DNA of 64,000 bases from an uncultured Eubacteriales bacterium (GTDB taxonomy: Bacteria > Bacillota_I > Bacilli_A > RFN20 > CAG-826), in NCBI GenBank assembly GCA_963652335.1, contig CAVJSS010000003.1, forward strand, positions 786 to 64,785, written 5' to 3'. Made by a program: the position numbers and the translations under genes. Shown here piece by piece: positions 1-8,149 of this stretch (its first letter is position 1; every line of letters starts with the position of its first letter). The notes beneath the pieces are model-generated. The model did no database searches. It was not told the origin of the DNA and saw only the letters and a program-made list of their open reading frames with translations.

Positions 1-2246
1 AGAAAGCTTGGTCTTGGAAAGACGAATATGCTTCCATCATCCATTCCCAATGGGCTTCTTTGGGTTTGTCGGTGGATTATAGCAGGGAACGTTTCACCTT
101 GGATCCTGGATTGAACGAAGCCGTGAAGAAAGTCTTCGTCACCCTATATAACGAGGGCCTTTTGTATAAAGGAGAGAAGATCATCAACTGGGATCCGGTC
201 CTAAAGACCGCCCTTTCCAACATCGAAGTAATCCATAAAGACGACAAAGGGGAATTCTTCTATTTCGCCTATGACGTAAAAGGAAGCGACGAGAAACTCA
301 TCGTCGCCACGACCCGTCCGGAAACGATGTTTGGGGATACGGCCATATTCGTAAACCCAAAAGACGAAAGATATAAGCATCTCATCGGCAAAAAAGCCAT
401 AAACCCAGCAAACGGGGACTTGCTCCCGATATTAGGAGATGGTTACGTCGATATTTCTTTTGGGACCGGGGCGATGAAATGCACGCCGGCCCACGATCCA
501 AATGACTTCAATTTAGCCAAAAAATATGGGTTCCCATTCATCAAGGTTTTGGACGAAAGCGCCCATATGAACGAATTGGCCGGGAAATACAAAGGGAAGG
601 ACCGTTATGAATGCCGGAAAGCCTTGGTTAAGGAAATAAAAGAAAACGGGCATTTGATAAAAATAGAGGAAATAGTCCATTCCGTCGGCCATTCCGAAAG
701 AAGCGATGCGGTGGTGGAACCGATGTTATCGGCCCAATGGTTCGTCAAAATGAAGCCGCTGGCAGAGAAGGTGTTAGCCACCCAAAAAAGCAAAAACAAA
801 GTCAGTTTCCTCCCTAAGCGTTTCGAAAACGTCTTGATCAGATGGATGAAAAACGTCGAAGATTGGTGCGTTTCCCGCCAATTATGGTGGGGGCATAGGA
901 TTCCAGCTTATTACAATAAGGAAACCGGGGAGATGATAGTCTCTTTGGATAAGCCGGATATGAATGAATACGTCCAAGACGAAGATGTTTTGGACACTTG
1001 GTTCTCTTCGGCTTTATGGCCTTTCGCCACCTTAGGTTGGCCAAATACCGATTCCGAAGACTACAAGCGTTATTTCCCGACCTCCGTTTTGGTGACGGGG
1101 TATGACATCATCTTCTTTTGGGTCAGCAGGATGATCTTCGATTCTTTGCATTTCACCGACCAAGTCCCATTCAAGAAAGTCGTCATCCACGGCCTTATCA
1201 GGGACCCACAAGGAAGGAAGATGTCCAAGTCATTGGGAAATGGGGTCGATCCGATCGATGTCATCGCCAAATATGGCGTTGATGCCTTAAGATTGTTCAT
1301 CACCACCTCTTCCTCCCCTGGATTGGATATGCGCTATAGCGAAGAAAAGATACAAGCCGCCGAGAATTATCTGAACAAGATATGGAATTCCACCCGTTAT
1401 GTCGAAGGAATCTTGGGCGAAGGGTTCATCCCAGAAGATCTTGAATCCCTTTCTTTGTCTCCTTTGGATAAGGGGATCTTGGACCGTTACATGCGAATGC
1501 TAAAGAAAGTCACTTCCAAGATGGAGGCTTTCGAATTCGGACAGGCTTCCACCTATCTTTATGACTTCGTCTATGACGATTTCTGCTCATCATATCTTGA
1601 AATGAGCAAAGTGGCCTTATTGGAAGGCGGAGAGATAGAAAAAGCCACCAAAAACGTCTTGTTCTATCTAATGAGGAACATAATCTTATTGGTCTATCCT
1701 TACGCCCCATTCGTCGCGGAAGAGATGTATCTTTCCTTGCCGAAGCATTTGGAATCCGTTTGTTTGGAATCCTATCCGGAATATGATTCTTCTTTCTTAT
1801 CCAAAAAGGGGAATGAGACATTGAGATTGTTGGAAAAGATGATCAAGGACGTAAGAAATTACAAATCTTCCAATTCTTTGGCCCCAAACGCCCCGGTAAG
1901 ATTGACCATCTCCCCAAAAGCCCCATTCAAGGGATTCGAGAAATACCTCTCAAGGTTCGCCTTCGCTAAGGAAATAAGCTATTCCAAAGAAGCCAAAGCC
2001 AATTCTTTCCTTTATCCTTCCTATTCCTTGGAAGTCGAAGAAGACATCGATATCGAAGAATTGAAAATAAAGCTTTCCAACGAAGAAAAACGTCTTTTGT
2101 CCGAAATCGATCGTTCCAAAAAGATGTTGTCCAACCAAGGTTTCATAAACAAAGCCCCGAAAGAAAAGATCTCCTTGGAAGAAGACAAATTGAAGAAAAA
2201 CGAAGCCTTGCTAGCCTCTTTGAAAGAGAAATTATCCAGTCTTTAA
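1..2246 (+). CDS. valS: valyl-tRNA synthetase, 5' end cut by window edge
   Basis: The reading frame is open from base 3 (KAWSWKDEYASIIHSQWASLGLSVDYSRERFTLD). It has the class I aaRS KMSKS motif (RKMSKSLGN) and a C-terminal coiled-coil tail typical of ValRS. Confidence 0.95.
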   Translation, partial: KAWSWKDEYASIIHSQWASLGLSVDYSRERFTLDPGLNEAVKKVFVTLYNEGLLYKGEKIINWDPVLKTALSNIEVIHKDDKGEFFYFAYDVKGSDEKLIVATTRPETMFGDTAIFVNPKDERYKHLIGKKAINPANGDLLPILGDGYVDISFGTGAMKCTPAHDPNDFNLAKKYGFPFIKVLDESAHMNELAGKYKGKDRYECRKALVKEIKENGHLIKIEEIVHSVGHSERSDAVVEPMLSAQWFVKMKPLAEKVLATQKSKNKVSFLPKRFENVLIRWMKNVEDWCVSRQLWWGHRIPAYYNKETGEMIVSLDKPDMNEYVQDEDVLDTWFSSALWPFATLGWPNTDSEDYKRYFPTSVLVTGYDIIFFWVSRMIFDSLHFTDQVPFKKVVIHGLIRDPQGRKMSKSLGNGVDPIDVIAKYGVDALRLFITTSSSPGLDMRYSEEKIQAAENYLNKIWNSTRYVEGILGEGFIPEDLESLSLSPLDKGILDRYMRMLKKVTSKMEAFEFGQASTYLYDFVYDDFCSSYLEMSKVALLEGGEIEKATKNVLFYLMRNIILLVYPYAPFVAEEMYLSLPKHLESVCLESYPEYDSSFLSKKGNETLRLLEKMIKDVRNYKSSNSLAPNAPVRLTISPKAPFKGFEKYLSRFAFAKEISYSKEAKANSFLYPSYSLEVEEDIDIEELKIKLSNEEKRLLSEIDRSKKMLSNQGFINKAPKEKISLEEDKLKKNEALLASLKEKLSSL

Positions 2247-2292
2247 GTAAAACGGCCTTTTGATTGGTTATATCTAATCAGGAGGTCTTTTT

Positions 2293-2475
2293 ATGATAGG
2301 AGTCAGATTAAGCGAAGAAAGCCTAAGGAAAACCGTTCCGGGAGAAGCATTGACCTTAGCGGCCGTTTTGGCCATCATGGCCATCGCCGTTGTGGCGGTG
2401 GTTTGTTATAAGATGTTCACCTCGGAGTCAGGGACGACCAAATTGCCAGGAGGATGGCAATTCACCTGGAAATGA
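2293..2475 (+). CDS. small hypothetical membrane protein (60 aa, one TM helix)
   Basis: A strong SD (AGGAGG, 2281-2286) lies 6 nt before the ATG. The hydrophobic core is LTLAAVLAIMAIAVVAVVCY. Its stop overlaps the radC ATG as ATGA (2472-2475). Confidence 0.5.
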   Translation: MIGVRLSEESLRKTVPGEALTLAAVLAIMAIAVVAVVCYKMFTSESGTTKLPGGWQFTWK

Positions 2476-3146
2476 TCAAAATCAAAGAGCTGCCCAAAGA
2501 GGAAAGGCCCAGGGAAAAGGCTTTGCTTTATGGAATCGATTCGTTAAATAACAGAGAACTTTTGGCTATCCTTTTAAGGACCGGATACCAAGGCAATTCC
2601 GCCTTGGGGATAGCCGATTCCCTATTGGCTAATTTCTCTTCGTTAAGCAATATATTGAACGCCTCTCCGGCCGAGCTTAGCCAAATCAAAGGCATTTCCA
2701 AAACGAAATCGTTGGAATTATTAGCTATAGGCGTTTTGTCGAAAAGGGCTGAAAAAGAGACGTTCAAAAAGTTTTCGTCTTCGAAAGAAATATACGAAAG
2801 TTATAAGGAAAGATATAGGAATCAAGACAAGGAAGAGATAATTTTGCTTAGCTTCAATCGGGGGAAAACCTTATTGTCCGAGCACATTATGTCTTTCAAC
2901 AACCAATCGTTTTCTTCTCTTTCGGTCCCCAAAACCTTAGCGAAAGCATTAAAAGACAACGCAAGCGGATTCGTTTTGATCCATAACCATCCATCCGGCT
3001 TGCCTTTGCCTTCAAAGGAAGACATCATTTTTACAAATTCTTTGAAGGAAGCCGCAAGCAATGTCCATCTTTCTTTTTTGGACCATATAATCATCGGAAG
3101 GGATTCGTATTATTCTTTCCAAGAAGAAGGATTGTTTGACAAATAA
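2472..3146 (+). CDS. radC: RadC-family JAMM protein
   Basis: N-terminus MIKIKELPKEERPREKALLYG, a helix-hairpin-helix region, and the JAMM motif HNHPSG. I prefer the 2472 start (ATGA coupling with the upstream sORF) over the track start at 2454. Confidence 0.9.
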   Translation: MIKIKELPKEERPREKALLYGIDSLNNRELLAILLRTGYQGNSALGIADSLLANFSSLSNILNASPAELSQIKGISKTKSLELLAIGVLSKRAEKETFKKFSSSKEIYESYKERYRNQDKEEIILLSFNRGKTLLSEHIMSFNNQSFSSLSVPKTLAKALKDNASGFVLIHNHPSGLPLPSKEDIIFTNSLKEAASNVHLSFLDHIIIGRDSYYSFQEEGLFDK

Positions 3147-3224
3147 ATAAAATACATGTTCTTTGGAAACTTAATTAGGAGTCATTATCGTAGGCCAGAG
3201 ACGAAATTATATATAAATATAAAC

Positions 3225-3253
3225 TTGCCAAAAAGCCGTTTCGGCAATATAGT
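3225..3253 (+). promoter_or_regulatory. sigma-70 type promoter for rplU operon
   Basis: TTGCCA (3225-3230), exactly 17 nt of spacer, then TATAGT (3248-3253). It lies about 115 nt upstream of rplU. Confidence 0.6.
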
Positions 3254-3259
3254 TTACAC

Positions 3260-3367
3260 GTTGTCGCCCCCGCTTTGGGGCTACAACCGCTTCGTTCCAG
3301 CACCTAACAACGTCATTGACGTGGCTGTCATGAGCGAGTCATTAGCACCAAATAGGAGGAACAAAAC
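3260..3367 (+). promoter_or_regulatory. structured 5' leader of rplU-prp-rpmA (candidate L21-leader type autoregulatory element)
   Basis: An untranslated leader of about 105 nt sits between the promoter and the SD (AGGAGG, 3354-3359). It contains the hairpin GCCCC-CGCTTT-GGGGC (3266-3281). Bacillota are known to carry an L21 leader at this position. The structure was not verified against a covariance model. Confidence 0.4.
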
Positions 3368-3676
3368 ATGTACGCTATCGTGGAAACCGGCGGCAAGCAG
3401 GTCAAAGTCGCAATCGGCGATAAGATCTACGTCGAAAAGCTCGACGTCGAAGCCGGAAACGAAGTCACCCTCAGCAAGGTTCTCTTTATCGGAGGCGAAA
3501 AGACAATCGTCGGAAATCCTTATGTCGAAGGAGCCGAAGTCGTCGCCAAGGTCGAGAAGCAAGGCAGAGGCGAGAAGATCCGCATCTACAAGTACAAGTC
3601 CAAGGCCAACGAAAGAAAGACCAAAGGTCATCGTCAGCCATATACTTGCTTGGTCATCAAAGAAATCAAAGCCTAA
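3368..3676 (+). CDS. rplU: 50S ribosomal protein L21
   Basis: [14 protein letters not shown]... is the canonical L21 N-terminus; 102 aa. Confidence 0.97.
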   Translation: MYAIVETGGKQVKVAIGDKIYVEKLDVEAGNEVTLSKVLFIGGEKTIVGNPYVEGAEVVAKVEKQGRGEKIRIYKYKSKANERKTKGHRQPYTCLVIKEIKA

Positions 3677-3978
3677 TGATCAAAGTCGAAGTCACCTATA
3701 GGGATGGATCCATAACCTCGATCGTCTGCAAGGGACATGCCGGGTCGGCCGAACATGGGCACGATCTGGTCTGCGCTTCGGTAAGCGCCATCTTGCTAGG
3801 CGGAATGAGGGCCTTGGATCAAAAGAACTTCAGTTTCAAGGAATCGAGCGGATTCGGCAGCATTAGCTGCTTATCTCTCCCAAGCAAAAGGGATCAGGCG
3901 GTCTTAGAGACCATTATGACCCAAATTCAATGCGTCGCAGCTTCTTATCCGAAGCTTGTGGCCTTAGAAAGGAAGTAA
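3676..3978 (+). CDS. prp: ribosomal-processing cysteine protease Prp (YsxB)
   Basis: MIKVEV...[22 protein letters not shown] carries the conserved His/Cys region. The start overlaps the rplU stop (TAATG). It sits between rplU and rpmA, as in Bacillota. Confidence 0.9.
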   Translation: MIKVEVTYRDGSITSIVCKGHAGSAEHGHDLVCASVSAILLGGMRALDQKNFSFKESSGFGSISCLSLPSKRDQAVLETIMTQIQCVAASYPKLVALERK

Positions 3979-3982
3979 CATC

Positions 3983-4270
3983 ATGAAATTCATCATCGAT
4001 CTTCAGTTATTTGCCTCGAAAAAGGGTGTTTCCAGCACTAAGAACGGCCGTGATTCGGCCGGTCGTCGTTTAGGCGCCAAGGTCGGGGACGGGCAATTCG
4101 TCACCGCCGGCAGCATCATCTATCGTCAACGCGGCACCAAAATGCACGCTGGCACCAACGCCAAAATCGGTGGGGATGATACCGTTTTTGCCTTAATCGA
4201 TGGCATCGTCAGATTCGAGCGCGATGGACGTTCAGGGAAAAAAGTTTCCGTCTACCCTGTCGCCGACTAA
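3983..4270 (+). CDS. rpmA: 50S ribosomal protein L27 with N-terminal Prp-cleaved extension
   Basis: [25 protein letters not shown]: the Bacillota-type propeptide ends in LQLF/ASKKG and is followed by the L27 core. Confidence 0.97.
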   Translation: MKFIIDLQLFASKKGVSSTKNGRDSAGRRLGAKVGDGQFVTAGSIIYRQRGTKMHAGTNAKIGGDDTVFALIDGIVRFERDGRSGKKVSVYPVAD

Positions 4271-4285
4271 CAGCCAGATGATACG

Positions 4286-4315
4286 ACGGCTCCATGTTGG
4301 AGCCGTTTTTCTATT
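4286..4315 (+). terminator. rho-independent terminator after rpmA
   Basis: Perfect 9-bp stem ACGGCTCCA / TGGAGCCGT (4286-4294 and 4298-4306) with loop TGT, followed by TTTTT. Confidence 0.8.
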
Positions 4316-4333
4316 TTTTCATAACTTCAACGT

Positions 4334-4339
4334 TATAAT
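4334..4339 (+). promoter_or_regulatory. -10 box placed for a leaderless transcript of the GT2 gene
   Basis: TATAAT (4334-4339), 6 nt (ATACCC), then ATG at 4346. There is no SD. The -35 region is poor. Confidence 0.45.
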
Positions 4340-4345
4340 ATACCC

Positions 4346-5074
4346 ATGAGACTTTCGATTGTTTTGCCGAATAGGAACCAAAGCGAACGCTTGTTCCGGC
4401 ATATGAAGGAAGAACTTTTCCCTTATTTCGATAAACTGGGATTCGATTACGAATGCATAATCGTGGTCAACAATTCAAATGAAGAAAACGAAAATCTGGC
4501 CACGGAAGCCAAATCTTATCTGCCTAACAACGTCCGTTTCTTGGAATATGACCCGAACAGAGGCAAAGGAAGGGCGATAAAAAGGGGGATCGAAGCCGCG
4601 AAAGGGGATTATGTCCTATTCATGGACGCGGATTTCGCGACCGACCTCCATTGCATGGATCCTTATTGGGACAAACTCGATGAGCAAGACTGCATCGTCG
4701 GATCCAGGCATATGAAAGGATCCGTCATCGTCAACAAAGCCCCTTTCATAAGAAGGGTGATGAGCTTTGGGTCCAAAACCTTGATCCGTTGGATGTTCCA
4801 TATAAAGGTCCACGATACCCAATGCGGTTTCAAGCTCTTTGAGAGAGAAGTGGCCCAAAAGATGATAAAAAAGCAGATAACGTCGGAATTCGCCTTCGAT
4901 TTGGAATACCTTTATTATCTGAAATTGAACGATCGCAAATACATCGAGATCCCGGTTCGTTGGACCGACGATCCCGATTCGACCATCAAATCACCGATAA
5001 AAACCGCTTGGGCTTTTTATAAGGACATGGTCAAAATAAAGAAAAACAAGAAAAACTACAAGGAGGGGGAATGA
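4346..5074 (+). CDS. family 2 glycosyltransferase (polyprenyl-phosphate sugar transferase-like)
   Basis: MRLSIVLPNRNQ..., the DAD motif (FMDADFATD) and GT-A fold signatures; 242 aa. Confidence 0.85.
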   Translation: MRLSIVLPNRNQSERLFRHMKEELFPYFDKLGFDYECIIVVNNSNEENENLATEAKSYLPNNVRFLEYDPNRGKGRAIKRGIEAAKGDYVLFMDADFATDLHCMDPYWDKLDEQDCIVGSRHMKGSVIVNKAPFIRRVMSFGSKTLIRWMFHIKVHDTQCGFKLFEREVAQKMIKKQITSEFAFDLEYLYYLKLNDRKYIEIPVRWTDDPDSTIKSPIKTAWAFYKDMVKIKKNKKNYKEGE

Positions 5075-6348
5075 TGCTTATCGACCGTTGCGTGATTGAG
5101 ATTCGAAGCGGAAAAGGCGGCGATGGCTGCATTTCTTTCCTGCATGATAAAAACGGCGAATTCGGCGGACCTGACGGCGGGAACGGCGGCAGAGGCGGAT
5201 CGATTTATTTCATCGGCAAAAAGAATCTGAATACCCTATACAATTTCCGTCATTCGAGAACCATAATCGCCATGGATGGAGGGAACGGCAACAAAAAGCA
5301 GATGAGCGGCAGAGCCGGATTGGATGTCACGGTCGAAGTCCCTGTGGGAACGGTCATAAGCGATGCCAGCACGAACAAAATCCTCGCCGACATAAAAGAA
5401 GCCGATATCCCAGTCCTTCTGGCGGAAGGCGGAAGGGGAGGCAAAGGCAACGCTTGCTATAAATCCTCCAGACAGCGCGCTCCTCGCATCGGGGAAAACG
5501 GCTTCCCAGGGCAAAGGAAAAGATTGATTTTGGAACTCAAAATGGTCGCGGATGCCGGGATAATCGGCTTTCCATCAGTAGGGAAATCGACCTTTTTGAA
5601 CATTTCCACCAAGGCCAACGTCCAAACCGCTGATTACCCATTCACCACCATCTCCCCGAATTTGGGGGTGGTCGTCATGAAAGATGGGGAATCGTTCGTT
5701 TTGGCCGATATGCCTGGCCTTATCGAAGGGGCCCACGAAGGGAAAGGATTAGGCATCGCTTTCTTGCGCCATATCGAAAGGACTAGGGTTTTGATCCATA
5801 TGGTCTCGATGGAAGAAGGAAGGGACGCCTATGCCGATTATTTGGCGATCAACGAAGAACTGAAAGGCTATGGGGCCGATTTGGAAAAACGCCCCCAAGT
5901 CGTCGTCGCTTCCAAAATGGATGAAGATGGCGCGAAAGAAAGGAAAGCCGAATTCGACAAAAAACTCGGATTCGAATCCTTTGGGGTATCTGCTTATACC
6001 CATGAAGGATTGGAGGCCATATTGGAAAAAACCCGTCATCTGGTCAATACGACCGACCAATTCCCGCTCAAAGGGATGGAGAAGGCCGAAACGATGAAAA
6101 TATACGATGCCCACAAGGAAAAGAAGGATGCGTTCGAAGTATTGCATCCGGATTTGAGGCATTGGGAAATCGTCGGAGACGACGTCTTGCTAAAAGTTTC
6201 TTTGATCAATACGAAACAAGAAGAAGGCATGGAACGCTTGATCCGTTATCTCCAAAAAATCGGAATCGAAGAAGCCTTAAGGAAGAAAGGAATCAAAGAA
6301 GGAGACCAAGTCAAAGTCGGCTCCTTCCATTTCACTTATTCTGAATGA
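5071..6348 (+). CDS. obg: GTPase Obg/CgtA
   Basis: Glycine-rich Obg fold (GGDGCISF, GGPDGGNGGRGGS), G1 motif GFPSVGKST, and a C-terminal OCT domain. Confidence 0.96.
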   Translation: MMLIDRCVIEIRSGKGGDGCISFLHDKNGEFGGPDGGNGGRGGSIYFIGKKNLNTLYNFRHSRTIIAMDGGNGNKKQMSGRAGLDVTVEVPVGTVISDASTNKILADIKEADIPVLLAEGGRGGKGNACYKSSRQRAPRIGENGFPGQRKRLILELKMVADAGIIGFPSVGKSTFLNISTKANVQTADYPFTTISPNLGVVVMKDGESFVLADMPGLIEGAHEGKGLGIAFLRHIERTRVLIHMVSMEEGRDAYADYLAINEELKGYGADLEKRPQVVVASKMDEDGAKERKAEFDKKLGFESFGVSAYTHEGLEAILEKTRHLVNTTDQFPLKGMEKAETMKIYDAHKEKKDAFEVLHPDLRHWEIVGDDVLLKVSLINTKQEEGMERLIRYLQKIGIEEALRKKGIKEGDQVKVGSFHFTYSE

Positions 6349-6449
6349 CACGAAAGGAGGGAGAGGAAAAGAGCTATCTCAAAGCCTTGGCTCTGTCGCT
6401 TGGCGCCTTGCTTAGCCTAGCCATCGCCTTACTATGCCTTTTCTTATAG
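6345..6449 (+). CDS. candidate 34-aa single-TM small protein
   Basis: Not in the ORF track (<60 aa). ATG at 6345 overlaps the obg stop (ATGA). Translation: MTRKEGEEKSYLKALALSLGALLSLAIALLCLFL. The stop (TAG, 6447-6449) lies 4 nt before the SD-less ruvA ATG. Confidence 0.35.
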   Translation: MTRKEGEEKSYLKALALSLGALLSLAIALLCLFL

Positions 6450-6453
6450 ATCC

Positions 6454-7017
6454 ATGATTTATTCGTTGACTGGGAAAATAATCCATAAAGCCAAAGATTC
6501 GGTGGTGATCGACGTTCATGACGTGGCCTATGAATGCTTGGTTTCCCGAAGCGAGGATTTCGCCTATTCGGAAAACGTCACCATCTTCACTTACGAAGTG
6601 ATAAACGAAAGCGAGCATTATCTCGCCGGTTTTTCGACCCTTTTGGAAAAAGAGGCCTTCGAATCGCTTATTGGGGTAAAAGGCATCGGGCCAAAGACCG
6701 CCTTGAATGCCTTATCCGGCACTACCGCCGACGATTTGTTCAAAGCCATCCAATCCAATAATACCGCTTATCTGAAAAAGCTGCCTGGCATCGGGCCTAA
6801 AGCGGCCGCCCAGATCATTTTGGACCTCAAAGGCCATCTATCCGAAAACGGAGGGAAAGCCGATCCGAAGCAATATGACGAAGTGAGAGACGCTTTGAAG
6901 TCATTGGGCTTTAAGGTCAAAGAGATCGACGATGCTTTATCCTCCATAAGCGACCCGACGTTGGATTCCGAAGGATTGCTTAGGGAAACATTGAAGAAAC
7001 TGAGGAAGAAACAATGA
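6454..7017 (+). CDS. ruvA: Holliday junction DNA helicase subunit RuvA
   Basis: Two HhH motifs ([10 protein letters not shown] and LPGIGPKAA) and a C-terminal domain III; overlaps ruvB by 4 nt. Confidence 0.95.
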   Translation: MIYSLTGKIIHKAKDSVVIDVHDVAYECLVSRSEDFAYSENVTIFTYEVINESEHYLAGFSTLLEKEAFESLIGVKGIGPKTALNALSGTTADDLFKAIQSNNTAYLKKLPGIGPKAAAQIILDLKGHLSENGGKADPKQYDEVRDALKSLGFKVKEIDDALSSISDPTLDSEGLLRETLKKLRKKQ

Positions 7018-8024
7018 GCAAAAAGAGGATATTGGACGCTTCCTTAAGCCAAGAGGATTTGGATTCCGAACTCACATTGCGTCCCAAAACGCTTAACGAA
7101 TACGTCGGTCAAAGCGAGCTTAAGGCCAATCTCAGAATCTTTTTGGGCGCCGCCAAAAAAAGGGAAGAAGCTTTGGACCACGTATTGCTTTATGGACCTC
7201 CGGGCTTAGGGAAGACGACGATGGCCTATGTCATCGCCAACGAAATGGGAGGCTCGGTCAAAACGATCAACGGACCTTCGATAGAAAAGCCCGGCGATTT
7301 AGCCGCGGTTTTGTCCGAAATCGAGCCAGGAGACGTCCTTTTCATCGATGAGATTCATCGTTTGCCAAGGGTAGTGGAAGAAGTCCTTTATGGCGCCATG
7401 GAGGATTTCAAATTGTCCATTATGGTAAATAGGGATGGCGGAAGCAAGGCTTTGGAACTGCCTCTCCCTCCATTCACGCTGGTTGGGGCGACAACAAGAG
7501 CCGGTGACCTTTCCAATGCCTTAAGAAGCCGTTTCGGGATCTCGGCCAAGATCGATTTCTATACCCCGGAAGAGCTAGCCAAGATAATCGGAAGGACATC
7601 CAAAGTCCTCCAAACCAAAATCAGCCCAGAAGCCGCCAAAATCATCGCCGAACGTTCAAGGGGGACCCCGAGAATCGCCAATAGATTGTTCAAAAGGGTC
7701 AGGGACTTCGCCAATTACGAAGAAAAGGAAAGCATCGACAAAGACTTGACTTTGAAGGCGCTGAACGCCTTAAAGATCGACGAGCTTGGATTGGATGACG
7801 TCGATATCCGTTACCTTAAGACGGTGATCCAAAGATTCCATGGAGGGCCGGTGGGGCTAGAATCAATCGCTGCCTCCATTGGGGAGGAAATCGCCAATTT
7901 GGAAGACGTCTATGAGCCATATTTGGTGATGATAGGATTGATAAACAGGACCCCGAGGGGGCGCGTCGCGACTTCGAAAGCCTACGAACACCTCAAATCG
8001 CCATATCAGACCACCCTCTTTTAG
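7014..8024 (+). CDS. ruvB: Holliday junction DNA helicase RuvB
   Basis: Walker [10 protein letters not shown], Walker B FIDEIH, and [10 protein letters not shown]; 336 aa. Confidence 0.97.
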   Translation: MSKKRILDASLSQEDLDSELTLRPKTLNEYVGQSELKANLRIFLGAAKKREEALDHVLLYGPPGLGKTTMAYVIANEMGGSVKTINGPSIEKPGDLAAVLSEIEPGDVLFIDEIHRLPRVVEEVLYGAMEDFKLSIMVNRDGGSKALELPLPPFTLVGATTRAGDLSNALRSRFGISAKIDFYTPEELAKIIGRTSKVLQTKISPEAAKIIAERSRGTPRIANRLFKRVRDFANYEEKESIDKDLTLKALNALKIDELGLDDVDIRYLKTVIQRFHGGPVGLESIAASIGEEIANLEDVYEPYLVMIGLINRTPRGRVATSKAYEHLKSPYQTTLF

Positions 8025-8149
8025 AGGGTATATCTCAAATAAGGTTTGCCTAACGCGCATATACGATGTATGCTTATGACTGCATTGCTGCGCGTTTTTG
8101 CATTATGTGCATATGCGTGCGAAGGCAATATCAGGAGGATTCTCCCAAA

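Noticed and set aside
3156-3701. A 181-aa + strand ORF covering the rplU leader and rplU in another frame.
   Set aside because: It is an alternative frame of the highly conserved L21 gene. The Ser/Lys/Arg-rich translation is low complexity, and the ORF would start inside the promoter.
8046-8100. A possible attenuator upstream of secDF: AACGCGCA...TGCGCGTT plus a T-run, and the GCATATGC palindrome.
   Set aside because: The stem has a 29-nt loop. A plausible promoter (TTGCCT-17-TATGCT, 8046-8074) would start transcription inside it. It is most simply a weak ruvB terminator overlapping the secDF promoter, and there is not enough evidence for a riboswitch or attenuator.
8066-8149. N-terminal extensions suggested by the ORF track. 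Examples are secDF from 8066, era from 46353, glyQS from 44552, the helicase from 37610, cdd from 46664, the ATPase from 55178, and the C39 gene from 48308.
   Set aside because: The extensions lack homology and cross promoters, terminators or upstream genes. In every case an internal ATG with a proper SD or with stop/start coupling matches the canonical family N-terminus.
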